From contig CAVXWZ010000008.1 of assembly GCA_963765575.1 (NCBI GenBank), positions 192,001 through 256,000 on the forward strand: 64,000 bases of DNA. Direction: 5' to 3'. The notes under the pieces were generated by a model. The model saw nothing but the letters and a program-made list of their open reading frames with translations. It was not told where the DNA came from and searched no databases. The position numbers and the translations under genes were made by a program. The number at the start of each line of letters is the position of its first letter. Position 1 is the stretch's first letter. This DNA is from an uncultured cyanobacterium. Its GTDB lineage: Bacteria; Cyanobacteriota; Cyanobacteriia; PCC-6307; Cyanobiaceae. Shown here piece by piece: positions 19,834-29,105 of the stretch.

Positions 19834-21591
19834 TCAGCCGGCGCTGCGCATCTGTTCGCCCACCTGCTCCCGCGCCCACAGCCGCCGGTAGGTGCCCGGC
19901 ACCTTGAGCAGTTCGGCGTGGGATCCCTGCTGCACCAGCCGGCCCTCCTCCAGCACCAGCACCCGGTCGCAGGCGGCGGCCGCTGAGAGCTGGTGGCTGA
20001 TCATCAGCACGGTGCGGCCCTGGTTGCCCTGGCCGCGGATCGAGCGCAGGATCTGGGCGGCGGTGGTGTTGTCGACGCTGGCCAGCGCGTCGTCGAGCAC
20101 CAGCAAGGGCGCATCGACCAACATCGCCCGTGCCAGGGCCGTGCGTTGCCGCTGGCCGCCGCTGAGGGTGATGCCGCGTTCACCCACCAGCGTCTGGTAG
20201 CCATCGGGAAAGCCGCGGATGTCCCCCTCCAGCCGGGCCTCGGCCGCCACCGCCTGCACGGCGGCCAGGGAGGCGTCGGGTTCGCCGTAGCGCAGGTTGT
20301 CGGCCAGGGTGGCGGTGAACAGGTAGCCCTCCTGGGGCACCAGCGCCACCTGGCGGCGCAGGTCCTCGAGATCAAGACAGGTGATGTCCACCCCGTCCAG
20401 CCAGAGCTGGCCGGGGTCGATCTCCACCATCCGGCCCAGGGCCCGGGCCAGGGTGGTCTTGCCGCAACCCACCGGGCCCACCACCGCCACCAGCTCGCCG
20501 GGCTGCACGCGGAAGCTCACGTCGACCAGGGCCGGCCGCGGGGCGCCCGGATAGCGCAGCGTGAGGCCACGGGCCTCGATCGCCCCCCGGGGCCGGCGGG
20601 CAACGGGCTGGGGGTTGGCCGGCGACTCGATCAGCGGTTGGCGCTGCAGCAGCTGCTCCACCCGGTCCAGGCTCACCTGGCCGGTCTGGAAGGTGTTGAG
20701 GGTGAAGCCCAGCAGGGCGGTGGGAAACACCAGCCGCTCCACAAACAGGATCAGCGCCACCAGATCGCCGATGCTGAGCCGGCCCGACTCCAGCTGACCG
20801 CTGCCCAGGGCCAGCAGCAACAGCAGGCTGATCGAGGAGATGCCCTCGAGCAGGGGAAACAGGGTGCTGCGGGTGCGGGCCAGCCCCAGGGCCGCGTCCC
20901 GATACACGCGGTTGCGGCCGGCGAAGGCCTGCTGCTCCGTGGCCTCCTGGCCGTAGATCTTGATGGCGCTGATGCCGGAGAGGTCCTCCTGGATCAGGTC
21001 GCTCAACCCGGCCAGGGCCTCCTGCTGGCGGCGTTGCTGGCGCATCATGCGGCCGCCGAACAGCCGCACGGTGATCAACATCAGCGGGTAGAGCCCCACC
21101 GCGGCCAGGCTCAGCCAGGGGTCGATGCTGAGCATCGCCGGCAGGGTGAGGGCGTAGGCCAGGGCGGTGTTGGTGAGGCTGAGCACGGCGAAGCCGAGCA
21201 GGCGGCGCACGTTCTCCACATCGCTGGTGGCCCGGCTGATCACCTCGCCGCTGCCCGTGGTCTGCACCCAGCCCGGTTCCTGCAGGAGCAGATGGTCGAA
21301 GATGCGTTGCTTGAGGTCGGCCTCCACCTTGCGGCCGACGCCGAACACCAGCAGACGGGAGAGCAGGCGCATGCTGCCCATCAGCGTGGCCAGCACGGCC
21401 AGCACCAGGGCCATCAGCAGCACGTCGCGCAGCTCGAAGCCGTCCTGCAGGTCATCGATCACCCGCCGCACCAGCAGGGGGATGCTGACGCCCAGCAGGT
21501 TCACCACCACCAGGACCGCCACCCCCTGCAGCACGGTGCGGCGATGGGGGCGCAGGTAGCGCAGGATCAGATCGGCACGCAGGGCCGCCAC
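19834..21591 (-). CDS. ABC exporter, fused permease/ATP-binding protein
   Basis: TM domain, Walker A GPVGCGKT, LSGGQRQR, LVLDDALASVD and H-loop ISH. Confidence 0.95.
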   Translation of the reverse strand: MAALRADLILRYLRPHRRTVLQGVAVLVVVNLLGVSIPLLVRRVIDDLQDGFELRDVLLMALVLAVLATLMGSMRLLSRLLVFGVGRKVEADLKQRIFDHLLLQEPGWVQTTGSGEVISRATSDVENVRRLLGFAVLSLTNTALAYALTLPAMLSIDPWLSLAAVGLYPLMLITVRLFGGRMMRQQRRQQEALAGLSDLIQEDLSGISAIKIYGQEATEQQAFAGRNRVYRDAALGLARTRSTLFPLLEGISSISLLLLLALGSGQLESGRLSIGDLVALILFVERLVFPTALLGFTLNTFQTGQVSLDRVEQLLQRQPLIESPANPQPVARRPRGAIEARGLTLRYPGAPRPALVDVSFRVQPGELVAVVGPVGCGKTTLARALGRMVEIDPGQLWLDGVDITCLDLEDLRRQVALVPQEGYLFTATLADNLRYGEPDASLAAVQAVAAEARLEGDIRGFPDGYQTLVGERGITLSGGQRQRTALARAMLVDAPLLVLDDALASVDNTTAAQILRSIRGQGNQGRTVLMISHQLSAAAACDRVLVLEEGRLVQQGSHAELLKVPGTYRRLWAREQVGEQMRSAG

Positions 21592-21640
21592 GCCGCCAGT
21601 TCGAAGATGGGCCCAACCTAGGGATCACCGAGAGCTCGCC

Positions 21641-22003
21641 ATGGCCCCTCCCGCCGCCGCCGGATCAGCCCCGGGCGCCCCCCGCCAAGGCAGCGACCCT
21701 GCCGACGAACAGAGCCACCCCCTGCATGCGTTGGATCGCGTGGTCGTCGACAGCCTGCTGGCGGCCGAGACGCCCGCCGATGGCCAGCTGGTGGATGCCG
21801 CCCGGCTGCTGATGCGCTACGAGGGATTCCCGGGTGCCGTGGATCTCCAGGACGACCTGGCCAAGGTGCTGAGACTCTGGGGGCTGAGCCGGCAGGACCT
21901 GCATGAGCGCACCCGGGCGGTGTGGGCTCAGGGCTACCGGCCGCTGCCCTCCAACGCAGAGGCGGTGGGCTCGGGATTCGACACCACCGCTCAGGACAGC
22001 TGA
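21641..22003 (+). CDS. DUF3288-family protein
   Basis: [29 protein letters not shown]...D, W....L...TR..W pattern. Confidence 0.8.
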   Translation: MAPPAAAGSAPGAPRQGSDPADEQSHPLHALDRVVVDSLLAAETPADGQLVDAARLLMRYEGFPGAVDLQDDLAKVLRLWGLSRQDLHERTRAVWAQGYRPLPSNAEAVGSGFDTTAQDS

Positions 22004-22028
22004 GGCGGCCGGCCCGAGCCGCGGGCGT

Positions 22029-22161
22029 GCCCCCCCCGGGGGGCTGTTGTGTCGATCACCCAGCGAAGTCGCCCCGGCCGTCGCCAGCACGGCGCCCACA
22101 GGGGATAGTGGAAAAGTCCCCATCACCCGGCCCGGTGTGCTCTGCACCCGGGCTTTTTTTT
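22029..22161 (+). ncRNA. Candidate structured small RNA or leader
   Basis: Successive hairpins (GCCGT/ACGGC 22077-22093; GGGGA/TCCCC 22101-22121) ending in a terminator, in the DUF3288-trpD spacer. Confidence 0.35.
22130..22161 (+). terminator. Rho-independent terminator
   Basis: GCCCGG(T)GTGC-TCT-GCACCCGGGC followed by T8. Confidence 0.85.
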
Positions 22162-22259
22162 GGCTGGGGCCTGCCGGCTGGTTGCCGATCCGGCTGCCAA
22201 TCCGCCGGCTCCTTGACCGGGTTCTTGAATGGTGGCGTCCCTGCCCCGCCTCCACCGCC

Positions 22260-23303
22260 ATGGCTTCAGCACCTGCGGGCCCCGCCCTGCTCGAGCAGCT
22301 CCTGCGCGGTGAATCGCTCAGTGCCGAGCAGGCCGGCGCCCTGATGCAGGCCTGGCTGGACGAGCAGATCCCGCCGGTGCTCACCGGTGCCCTGCTGGCG
22401 GCGTTGCGGGCCAAGGGCGTGAGCGGCGAGGAACTGGCCGCCATGGCCAGCGTGCTGCGCCGGGCCTGCCCCCTGCCCGGGGAGCGTCCGGCCCTCTCCC
22501 TGGTGGATACCTGCGGCACCGGCGGCGATGGCGCCGACAGTTTCAACATCTCCACCGCCGTGGCCTTCGTGGCGGCCGCCTGCGGGGTGCATGTGGCCAA
22601 GCACGGCAACCGCAGTGCCAGCGGCCGGGTGGGCTCGGCGGACGTGCTCGAGGCCCTGGAGATCAACCTCCAGGCGCCACGCGAGCAGGTGGTGGCGGCC
22701 CTGCCCCAGGTGGGCGTGACGTTCCTGTTCGCCCCCGGCTGGCATCCGGCCCTGGTGGGCCTCGCGCCCCTGCGCCGGGCGATGGGGGTGCGCACCGTGT
22801 TCAACCTGCTCGGCCCCCTGGTGAATCCCCTGCAGCCGGATGCCCAGGTGCTGGGGGTGGCGCAGGCCGACCTGCTCGATCCCATGGCCGGGGCCCTGGC
22901 CCGGCTGGGGCTGCGCCGGGCGGTGGTGGTGCACGGGGCCGGCGGCCTCGACGAGGCCTCGCTGCAGGGACCCAGCCAGCTGCGCCTGGTGGAGCACGGT
23001 GAGGTGGTCAGCCAGGAGCTGGACCCGGCCACCCTGGGACTGGCCCAGGCTCCGATCACGGCCCTGGCCGGTGGGGATCTGGCCGCGAACCGCGCCATCC
23101 TCGAGGCGGTGCTGCAGGGCGGTGGCAGCGACGCCCAGCGCCAGGTGGTGGCCCTGAACACGGCCCTGGTGCTCTGGGCGGCCGGTGCCAGCGACAGCAT
23201 CGCCGCGGGCCACCAGCAGGCCGCCGCGGTGCTGGCGTCCGGCAGCCCCTGGCAGAAACTGCTGCAGTTGCGCACGGCACTGCCGTTGCCGGTTGGGGGA
23301 TGA
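22260..23303 (+). CDS. trpD: Anthranilate phosphoribosyltransferase
   Basis: [42 protein letters not shown] and GLDE. Confidence 0.96.
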   Translation: MASAPAGPALLEQLLRGESLSAEQAGALMQAWLDEQIPPVLTGALLAALRAKGVSGEELAAMASVLRRACPLPGERPALSLVDTCGTGGDGADSFNISTAVAFVAAACGVHVAKHGNRSASGRVGSADVLEALEINLQAPREQVVAALPQVGVTFLFAPGWHPALVGLAPLRRAMGVRTVFNLLGPLVNPLQPDAQVLGVAQADLLDPMAGALARLGLRRAVVVHGAGGLDEASLQGPSQLRLVEHGEVVSQELDPATLGLAQAPITALAGGDLAANRAILEAVLQGGGSDAQRQVVALNTALVLWAAGASDSIAAGHQQAAAVLASGSPWQKLLQLRTALPLPVGG

Positions 23304-23328
23304 TTGGGGCGCTGCTGCCGGCGCTGCC

Positions 23329-24456
23329 GTGACGACCCCCGCCCTGCTGATGCTGGCCGATGGCACCCTGGTGCGCGGGGAAGCCTTCGGCGCCATCGGC
23401 ACCGCCATCGGTGAGGTGGTGTTCAACACAGGCATGACCGGCTATCAGGAAGTGATGACCGACCCCAGCTACTCCGGTCAGCTGGTGACCTTCACCTATC
23501 CCGAGCTCGGCAACACGGGGGTCAATGCCGCCGACCAGGAGGCGCCCAGGCCCCACGTGCGCGGCGTGATTTCCCGCGAACTGGCGCCGGTGACCAGCAA
23601 CTGGCGCTCCGAAGGCGACCTCGACAGCTGGCTGGCCGACCACGGGGTGGTGGGCATCCGCGGCGTCGACACCCGTGCCCTGGTGCGTCACCTGCGGGAG
23701 GGCGGCGCCATCAACGGGGCCCTCAGCAGCGACGGCACCACCCCCGCGGCGCTGCTGGAGGAGGTGCGCTCGGCCCCCTCGATGCAGGGTCTCAACCTGG
23801 CCGCCCAGGTGAGCACCAAGGAGCCCTACACCTGGAACGAATCCTGCAGGGCCGCCTTCGATGCCCGCCTGCAACCACGCCCCGAGCAGCCCTATCGCGT
23901 GGTGGCCATCGATTTCGGCATCAAGCGCGCAATTCTCGATCGACTGGTGGCCCATGGCTGCAGCGTCACCGTGCTGCCGGCCGACTCCAGTCTGGAGGCG
24001 GTGCTCAGCCACAGCCCCGAGGGGGTGTTTCTCTCCAACGGTCCCGGTGATCCGGCCGCAGTCAGCCATGGCATCGAGCTGGTGAAGGGCCTGCTAGGTC
24101 AGCGTGACCTGCCCCTGTTCGGCATCTGCATGGGCCACCAGATCCTGGGTCTGGCCCTTGGTGGCCGCAGCTTCAAGCTGCCCTATGGCCACCGCGGTCT
24201 CAACCATCCCTGCGGCAGCCCCGGGCATGTGGAGATCACCAGCCAGAACCACGGCTTTGCCGTTGAGGCCGACTCCCTGGACGCTGAGCGCGTGCGCATC
24301 ACCCACCACAACCTCAACGACCACACCGTGGCCGGCCTGGAGCTGCGACAGCAGCCGGTGTTCGGCGTGCAATACCACCCCGAAGCGAGTCCAGGGCCCC
24401 ACGACGCTGACCACCACTTCGGCCGCTTCGCCGCCCTGATGGCCCAGCGCCGCTGA
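23329..24456 (+). CDS. carA: Carbamoyl-phosphate synthase small subunit
   Basis: [34 protein letters not shown] and [12 protein letters not shown]. Confidence 0.97.
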   Translation: MTTPALLMLADGTLVRGEAFGAIGTAIGEVVFNTGMTGYQEVMTDPSYSGQLVTFTYPELGNTGVNAADQEAPRPHVRGVISRELAPVTSNWRSEGDLDSWLADHGVVGIRGVDTRALVRHLREGGAINGALSSDGTTPAALLEEVRSAPSMQGLNLAAQVSTKEPYTWNESCRAAFDARLQPRPEQPYRVVAIDFGIKRAILDRLVAHGCSVTVLPADSSLEAVLSHSPEGVFLSNGPGDPAAVSHGIELVKGLLGQRDLPLFGICMGHQILGLALGGRSFKLPYGHRGLNHPCGSPGHVEITSQNHGFAVEADSLDAERVRITHHNLNDHTVAGLELRQQPVFGVQYHPEASPGPHDADHHFGRFAALMAQRR

Positions 24457-24470
24457 GTCGCCCCCGTCTT

Positions 24471-24914
24471 GTGGCGTTTTGGCAGCTTCTGCTCCAGCCC
24501 TGGCCGCCATCCCTACACTCCCCGCAAAGATCCGCATCGAGGGCAAACGCCATCAACGACCTGCACCGACTCACGGTGTCCCTGCGTGGGGGATTCGAGC
24601 AGCAGGCTCATTGCCAGCTGTTTCGTTTCACCGGCCAGCTCGACGCCTATTCCGACAAGCAATTTGTCGAGTTTCTCGCCGCCCACCGCAGCCCCGGTCA
24701 GCCACTGCTGGTGGACCTTTCGCACATCGACTTCATCGACTCCTCCGGCCTCGGGGCGCTGGTGCAGCTGGCCAAGCAGTGCACCACTGATGGCCAGCAG
24801 TTCGTGGTGGCCGGCAACCCCCGGGTGGTGCAGACGGTGAAACTCGTGCGGCTGGAGGAGTTTCTGCATCTGCAGCCGGATCTCAAGAGTGCCCTCGCCA
24901 GCCTCACCCCCTGA
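24471..24914 (+). CDS. STAS-domain anti-anti-sigma-like protein (true start probably further downstream)
   Basis: GQLDAYS and VDLSHIDFIDSSGLGALV. Confidence 0.85.
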   Translation: MAFWQLLLQPWPPSLHSPQRSASRANAINDLHRLTVSLRGGFEQQAHCQLFRFTGQLDAYSDKQFVEFLAAHRSPGQPLLVDLSHIDFIDSSGLGALVQLAKQCTTDGQQFVVAGNPRVVQTVKLVRLEEFLHLQPDLKSALASLTP

Positions 24915-25266
24915 ACTGGGCCCCCTGCAGCTGGCCTGGCTGGGGGATGCGGTGTGGGAGCTGCACCAGCGCCTGCGCCACTGCGGCGCCCCGGCCCGCC
25001 CCCGGGATCTGCACCGCCAGGTGGTCGCCGCGGTGCGCGCCGACGCCCAGGCCCGGGCCCTGGGCCGGCTGGAGTCAGTGCTGCGGCCCGAGGAGCGCGA
25101 CCTGGTGCGCCGCGGTCGCAACCGGGCCGGTCGCGGCCCCCGCAGCGCCGATGCGGCCACCTATGGCCAGGCCACGGGCTTTGAAACCCTGCTGGGCTGG
25201 CTCTTCCTGCACGATCAGCCGCGGTTGGGTGAACTGCTAGATCACTTGCAGCACATCGATCCGTAA
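24889..25266 (+). CDS. mrnC: Mini-ribonuclease III
   Basis: LAWLGDAVWEL, V.A.AQA, RRGRN and Y..ATGFE.L.GWL. Confidence 0.88.
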   Translation: MPSPASPPELGPLQLAWLGDAVWELHQRLRHCGAPARPRDLHRQVVAAVRADAQARALGRLESVLRPEERDLVRRGRNRAGRGPRSADAATYGQATGFETLLGWLFLHDQPRLGELLDHLQHIDP

Positions 25267-25278
25267 CAGCTGCGCGCC

Positions 25279-27033
25279 ATGAGCCCTCGATTTGAACGCC
25301 GTCCCGACAAGCGGACGGGAGCAGGGGCCGGGCGCAGTGCGCGATCGGCTCCCCCGTCCCGTGCCTACGGCCGCGACCGGCGCCCCGACCCGGCGGGCCA
25401 GAGCGACCGGCGTCGCCAGGGCGGCTCAGGGGGGGACTGGGGTGAGCGCGATGGGGGCCGGCGGCCTGTGCGTGGTCCGGAACGCAGTGGCGAGCGCAGT
25501 GCTGATCGCAGACCCGAGCGCAGCCCAGAACGTGGTGTGGTGAGAAGCGGGGAGCGCGGTGCGACGAGGGGTGGTGAGCGCGGTGCCCTGAGGGGCGGCG
25601 AACGCGGAAGTGAGCCAGGGGGTGAGCGGGCCTGGGCCGCTGCTCGCCGCTTCGGCTCGGCCCGCCCGGAAGCGCGCCGGCTCGATCGCGGTCGCCGGGA
25701 TGGGGGCCGCAGGGACGGCGGCCGCTTCGATGGCGCCCGTTTCGATGGCGCCCGTGGCGAGACGCGCCGCCAGCCCCCGCTCGGCCGCGAGGCGGCGCCA
25801 GCACCCCCGGTGGCTCCCGGGGAGGCGGAGCGGCTCGGTCAGCCTGCCCCCAGCGACGACCTGGTGTGGGGGCGTCACGCCGCCCTCGCCGCCCTGGAGA
25901 GCGGCCGACCGGTTCACCGCATCTGGTGCACGACGGAGCTGCGCTTCACACCGAAGTTTCTGCAGCAGCTGCGGGAGGCCAAGGCGTCCGGTGTGCTGGT
26001 GGAGGAGGTCACCTGGGCGCGGCTGGGGCAGCTCACCGCCGGCGCCGTGCACCAGGGCATCGTGCTGCAGAGCGCCGCGGCCGAGACCCTCGACCTCGAC
26101 AGTCTCATCGAGGGCTGTGCTGGCATCGGCGAAGCGCCCTTGCTGATGGCCCTCGACAGCATCACCGACCCCCACAACCTGGGGGCCATCGCCCGCAGTG
26201 CCGAAGCACTCGGTGCCCATGGGCTGGTGCTGCCGCAGCGGCGCAGCGCCGGCCTCACCGGCTCGGTGGCCAAGGTGGCGGCCGGCGCCCTGGAGCACTT
26301 GCCCGTGGCCCGGGTGGTGAACCTCAACCGCGCCCTCGAACGCCTCAAGCAGGAGGGCTATCGGGTGGTGGGCCTGGCCTCTGAGGGCAGTGTCAGCCTG
26401 GAGCAGGCCGATCTGGATGGTCCCCTGGTGATCGTCACCGGTTCGGAGTCCGATGGGCTTTCGATGCTCACCCGCCGGCACTGCGACCAGCTGGTGAGCA
26501 TCCCCCTGCGCGGCGCCACCCCCAGCCTCAACGCCTCGGTGGCTACAGCCCTGCTGCTCTATGAGGTGGCTCGCCGCGGCTGGATGCGCGGCCTGCGCGG
26601 CGGTGATCCCGCCCCCCGGCTGGTGAGGCCCCAGGTGCCCTCAAGCCCCCAGACACCAATGGTGGAGAACGTTGACTCTGGGTCGCCGCCAGCGGACCTC
26701 CATTCCCCGCTGGACGCCGGGCCGTCCTCAGCGCCTGAACCCGAGGCGGTGACTGCCCTGGAGGCGCTTGGTGAGCCCGCAGTGGGCCCTGGCGCGGTGG
26801 GCGGCAGCACCAACGCTGGTGCAGGCGACGGTGACGGTGCTGCCATGGCTGGGGCATCGGGCGCGACCACGACCCCCACCCCGGCATCGGATCCAGAGCA
26901 GGACCACTACCAGGACCACCACCAGGATGACCAGCAGGACCAGGACCAGGCCCCCAGCCTGAGCCAGCCCGACTCCAGTGCCACCGACCCCACTGCCACT
27001 GACCCCAGTGTCGACCGACCCCAACGGCGCTGA
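25279..27033 (+). CDS. rlmB: 23S rRNA Gm2251 methyltransferase with repetitive N- and C-terminal extensions (may really end at 27166)
   Basis: WGRH, HQGIV, LDSITDPHNLGAIARSA, GSESDG and SLNASVA (SPOUT motifs). Confidence 0.93.
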   Translation: MSPRFERRPDKRTGAGAGRSARSAPPSRAYGRDRRPDPAGQSDRRRQGGSGGDWGERDGGRRPVRGPERSGERSADRRPERSPERGVVRSGERGATRGGERGALRGGERGSEPGGERAWAAARRFGSARPEARRLDRGRRDGGRRDGGRFDGARFDGARGETRRQPPLGREAAPAPPVAPGEAERLGQPAPSDDLVWGRHAALAALESGRPVHRIWCTTELRFTPKFLQQLREAKASGVLVEEVTWARLGQLTAGAVHQGIVLQSAAAETLDLDSLIEGCAGIGEAPLLMALDSITDPHNLGAIARSAEALGAHGLVLPQRRSAGLTGSVAKVAAGALEHLPVARVVNLNRALERLKQEGYRVVGLASEGSVSLEQADLDGPLVIVTGSESDGLSMLTRRHCDQLVSIPLRGATPSLNASVATALLLYEVARRGWMRGLRGGDPAPRLVRPQVPSSPQTPMVENVDSGSPPADLHSPLDAGPSSAPEPEAVTALEALGEPAVGPGAVGGSTNAGAGDGDGAAMAGASGATTTPTPASDPEQDHYQDHHQDDQQDQDQAPSLSQPDSSATDPTATDPSVDRPQRR

Positions 27034-27046
27034 TCCCGGCAGCGCC
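26899..27046 (+). repeat. Coding tandem repeats in the rlmB tail (12-nt CAGGACCACNAC-like and 15-nt GACCCCAGTGCCACC-like units)
   Basis: 12-nt units from 26899; 15-nt units at 26971, 26986, 27001 (16 nt), 27017 and 27032. Confidence 0.75.
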
Positions 27047-27225
27047 GGGCCCCGGGCCGGCGAATCGGACCGCAACAGCCCCGAGCCGGCCGCCGACCCC
27101 GGTGGGCCCACCACCCCTGGCAGCCAATTCGCCAGCGACGTGGATCTGGGCTCACTGCACCCCTGATCCCCACGCTGAGTGCCATCAGGCGGGTGGGCAG
27201 AATGGGGGTTGTTCCGCTCCACCGC

Positions 27226-27465
27226 ATGAACCCCCTGCTCTGGCCCGTGCGCGGCAGCGTCAACGTCCTGGGCCTGGCCTGGTGGGCCCGGGTGTGCACC
27301 AGGGATCCCGACATCACCTATTGGTTTGGCCCCTACGTGCGTCGCAGCAGCCTGGAGCGGGAGCTGCCCGCCTTCCTCGACGACCTGCGCAGTGAGGAGC
27401 CGGCCGCCATCGACCACACCCTGCTGCGCACCCGCCGCGGCGAACCCCTCACCGAGACCGACTGA
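27226..27465 (+). CDS. DUF1816-family protein
   Basis: GLAWWARV.T..P..TYWFGP, L..FL.DL..E and EPLT motif; start could be ATG at 27202. Confidence 0.8.
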   Translation: MNPLLWPVRGSVNVLGLAWWARVCTRDPDITYWFGPYVRRSSLERELPAFLDDLRSEEPAAIDHTLLRTRRGEPLTETD

Positions 27466-27533
27466 CGCTGCGCTGCGGGTTGGGCACGAGGCACCTGGCT
27501 GATAGCGTCCCAACCAACTGGTGATCGGTTGGC

Positions 27534-29030
27534 ATGGGCATCGCCGAATGGCGCGGCAGGCTGGAGCGCGGCGAGGTGTCGGCCCGGGAGCTCACCGATC
27601 GCTGCCTGGCCCGCATCGAGGCGGTGGATGACACCGTGCACGCCTTCCTGGAGGTGACCGCCCAGCGGGCCCGGGCCGACGCCGAGCGCATCGACAGCGC
27701 CAGGGCCGCCGGCGAACCCCTGCCACCCCTGGCGGGGGTGCCACTGGCGATCAAGGACAACCTCTGCACCAAGGGAATTCGCACCACCTGCTCCAGCCGC
27801 ATGCTGGAGACCTTCGTGCCGCCCTACGAGAGCACCGTCACGGAGCGGCTCTGGCAGGCCGGGGCCGTGCTGCTGGGCAAGACCAACCTCGATGAGTTCG
27901 CCATGGGCAGCTCCACCGAGACCTCGGCCTTCGGTCCCAGCCGCAACCCCTGGGATCCGGCCACCGTGCCCGGTGGCAGCTCCGGTGGCAGCGCCGCCGC
28001 CGTGGCCGCCGGTGAGTGCCTCGGTGCCCTCGGCTCCGACACCGGCGGTTCCATCCGTCAGCCCGCCAGCTTCTGCGGTGTGGTGGGCCTCAAGCCCACC
28101 TATGGGCGTGTCAGCCGCTGGGGCCTGGTGGCCTTCGCCAGCTCCCTCGATCAGGTGGGCCCCTTCAGCCAGTCGGTGGCGGATGCTGCCGAGCTGCTGC
28201 AGGTGATCGCCGGCCCCGATCCCCGCGACAGCACCTGTCTGGCGGCGGACGTTCCCGATTACCGGGCCGCCCTGGAGCAACCGGTGACCGGCCTGCGGGT
28301 GGGCATCGTGCGCGAGTGCTTCGAGGCCGATGGCCTCGCCCCGGCGGTGAAGGCGGCGGTGATGGCGGCCGCTGAGCAGTTGCAGGCCCTGGGCTGTGAA
28401 CTGGTGGATGTCAGCTGCCCCCGTTTCAACGACGGCATCGCCACCTATTACGTGATTGCCCCGTCGGAAGCCTCCGCCAACCTGGCTCGCTACGACGGCG
28501 TCAAATACGGCTACCGGGCTGGCCTGGAGGCGGGGGCGAACAGTGCTGCCAGCCTGGCGGAGATGATGGCCCGCAGCCGCGCCGAGGGCTTCGGCGATGA
28601 GGTGCAGCGACGCATTCTGATCGGCACCTACGCCCTCTCGGCCGGCTATGGGGACGCCTACTACCGCAAGGCCCAGCAGGTTCGCACCTTGATCAGGCGC
28701 GACTTCGACCGTGCCTTCGAGACGGTGGATGTGTTGCTCACCCCCACTTCCCCCACCACCGCCTTCCGCTTCGGCGCCCACAGCGACGACCCGCTGGCCA
28801 TGTACCTGGCCGACCTGCTCACGATTCCGGCCAACATGGCCGGGCTGCCGGCGATCAACGTGCCCTGTGGCTTTGATGGCCAGGGCCTGCCGATCGGTCT
28901 GCAGCTGATCGCCGGCGTGTTGCAGGAGCCGCGCCTGCTGCAGGTGGCCCACCATTACGAGAGGGCGGCCCGGGTGATGGAGCACCGCCCAGTGGCCGAT
29001 CTGGTGCCGTCGGCGCCCCTGGTGTCCTGA
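27534..29030 (+). CDS. gatA: Asp/Glu-tRNA amidotransferase subunit A
   Basis: [41 protein letters not shown] and RRILIGT. Confidence 0.97.
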   Translation: MGIAEWRGRLERGEVSARELTDRCLARIEAVDDTVHAFLEVTAQRARADAERIDSARAAGEPLPPLAGVPLAIKDNLCTKGIRTTCSSRMLETFVPPYESTVTERLWQAGAVLLGKTNLDEFAMGSSTETSAFGPSRNPWDPATVPGGSSGGSAAAVAAGECLGALGSDTGGSIRQPASFCGVVGLKPTYGRVSRWGLVAFASSLDQVGPFSQSVADAAELLQVIAGPDPRDSTCLAADVPDYRAALEQPVTGLRVGIVRECFEADGLAPAVKAAVMAAAEQLQALGCELVDVSCPRFNDGIATYYVIAPSEASANLARYDGVKYGYRAGLEAGANSAASLAEMMARSRAEGFGDEVQRRILIGTYALSAGYGDAYYRKAQQVRTLIRRDFDRAFETVDVLLTPTSPTTAFRFGAHSDDPLAMYLADLLTIPANMAGLPAINVPCGFDGQGLPIGLQLIAGVLQEPRLLQVAHHYERAARVMEHRPVADLVPSAPLVS

Positions 29031-29105
29031 GCGCCGCGGGCCAGGACCGCCCACACCAGATCTGGTGTGGGCGGTCCTAACCTGGGCGGCAAAGCTGGCA
29101 GCGCC

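Noticed and set aside
22049..22108. Classical trp attenuator peptide before trpD
   Set aside because: The sORF contains no Trp codons; it is kept only as a generic structured-RNA candidate.
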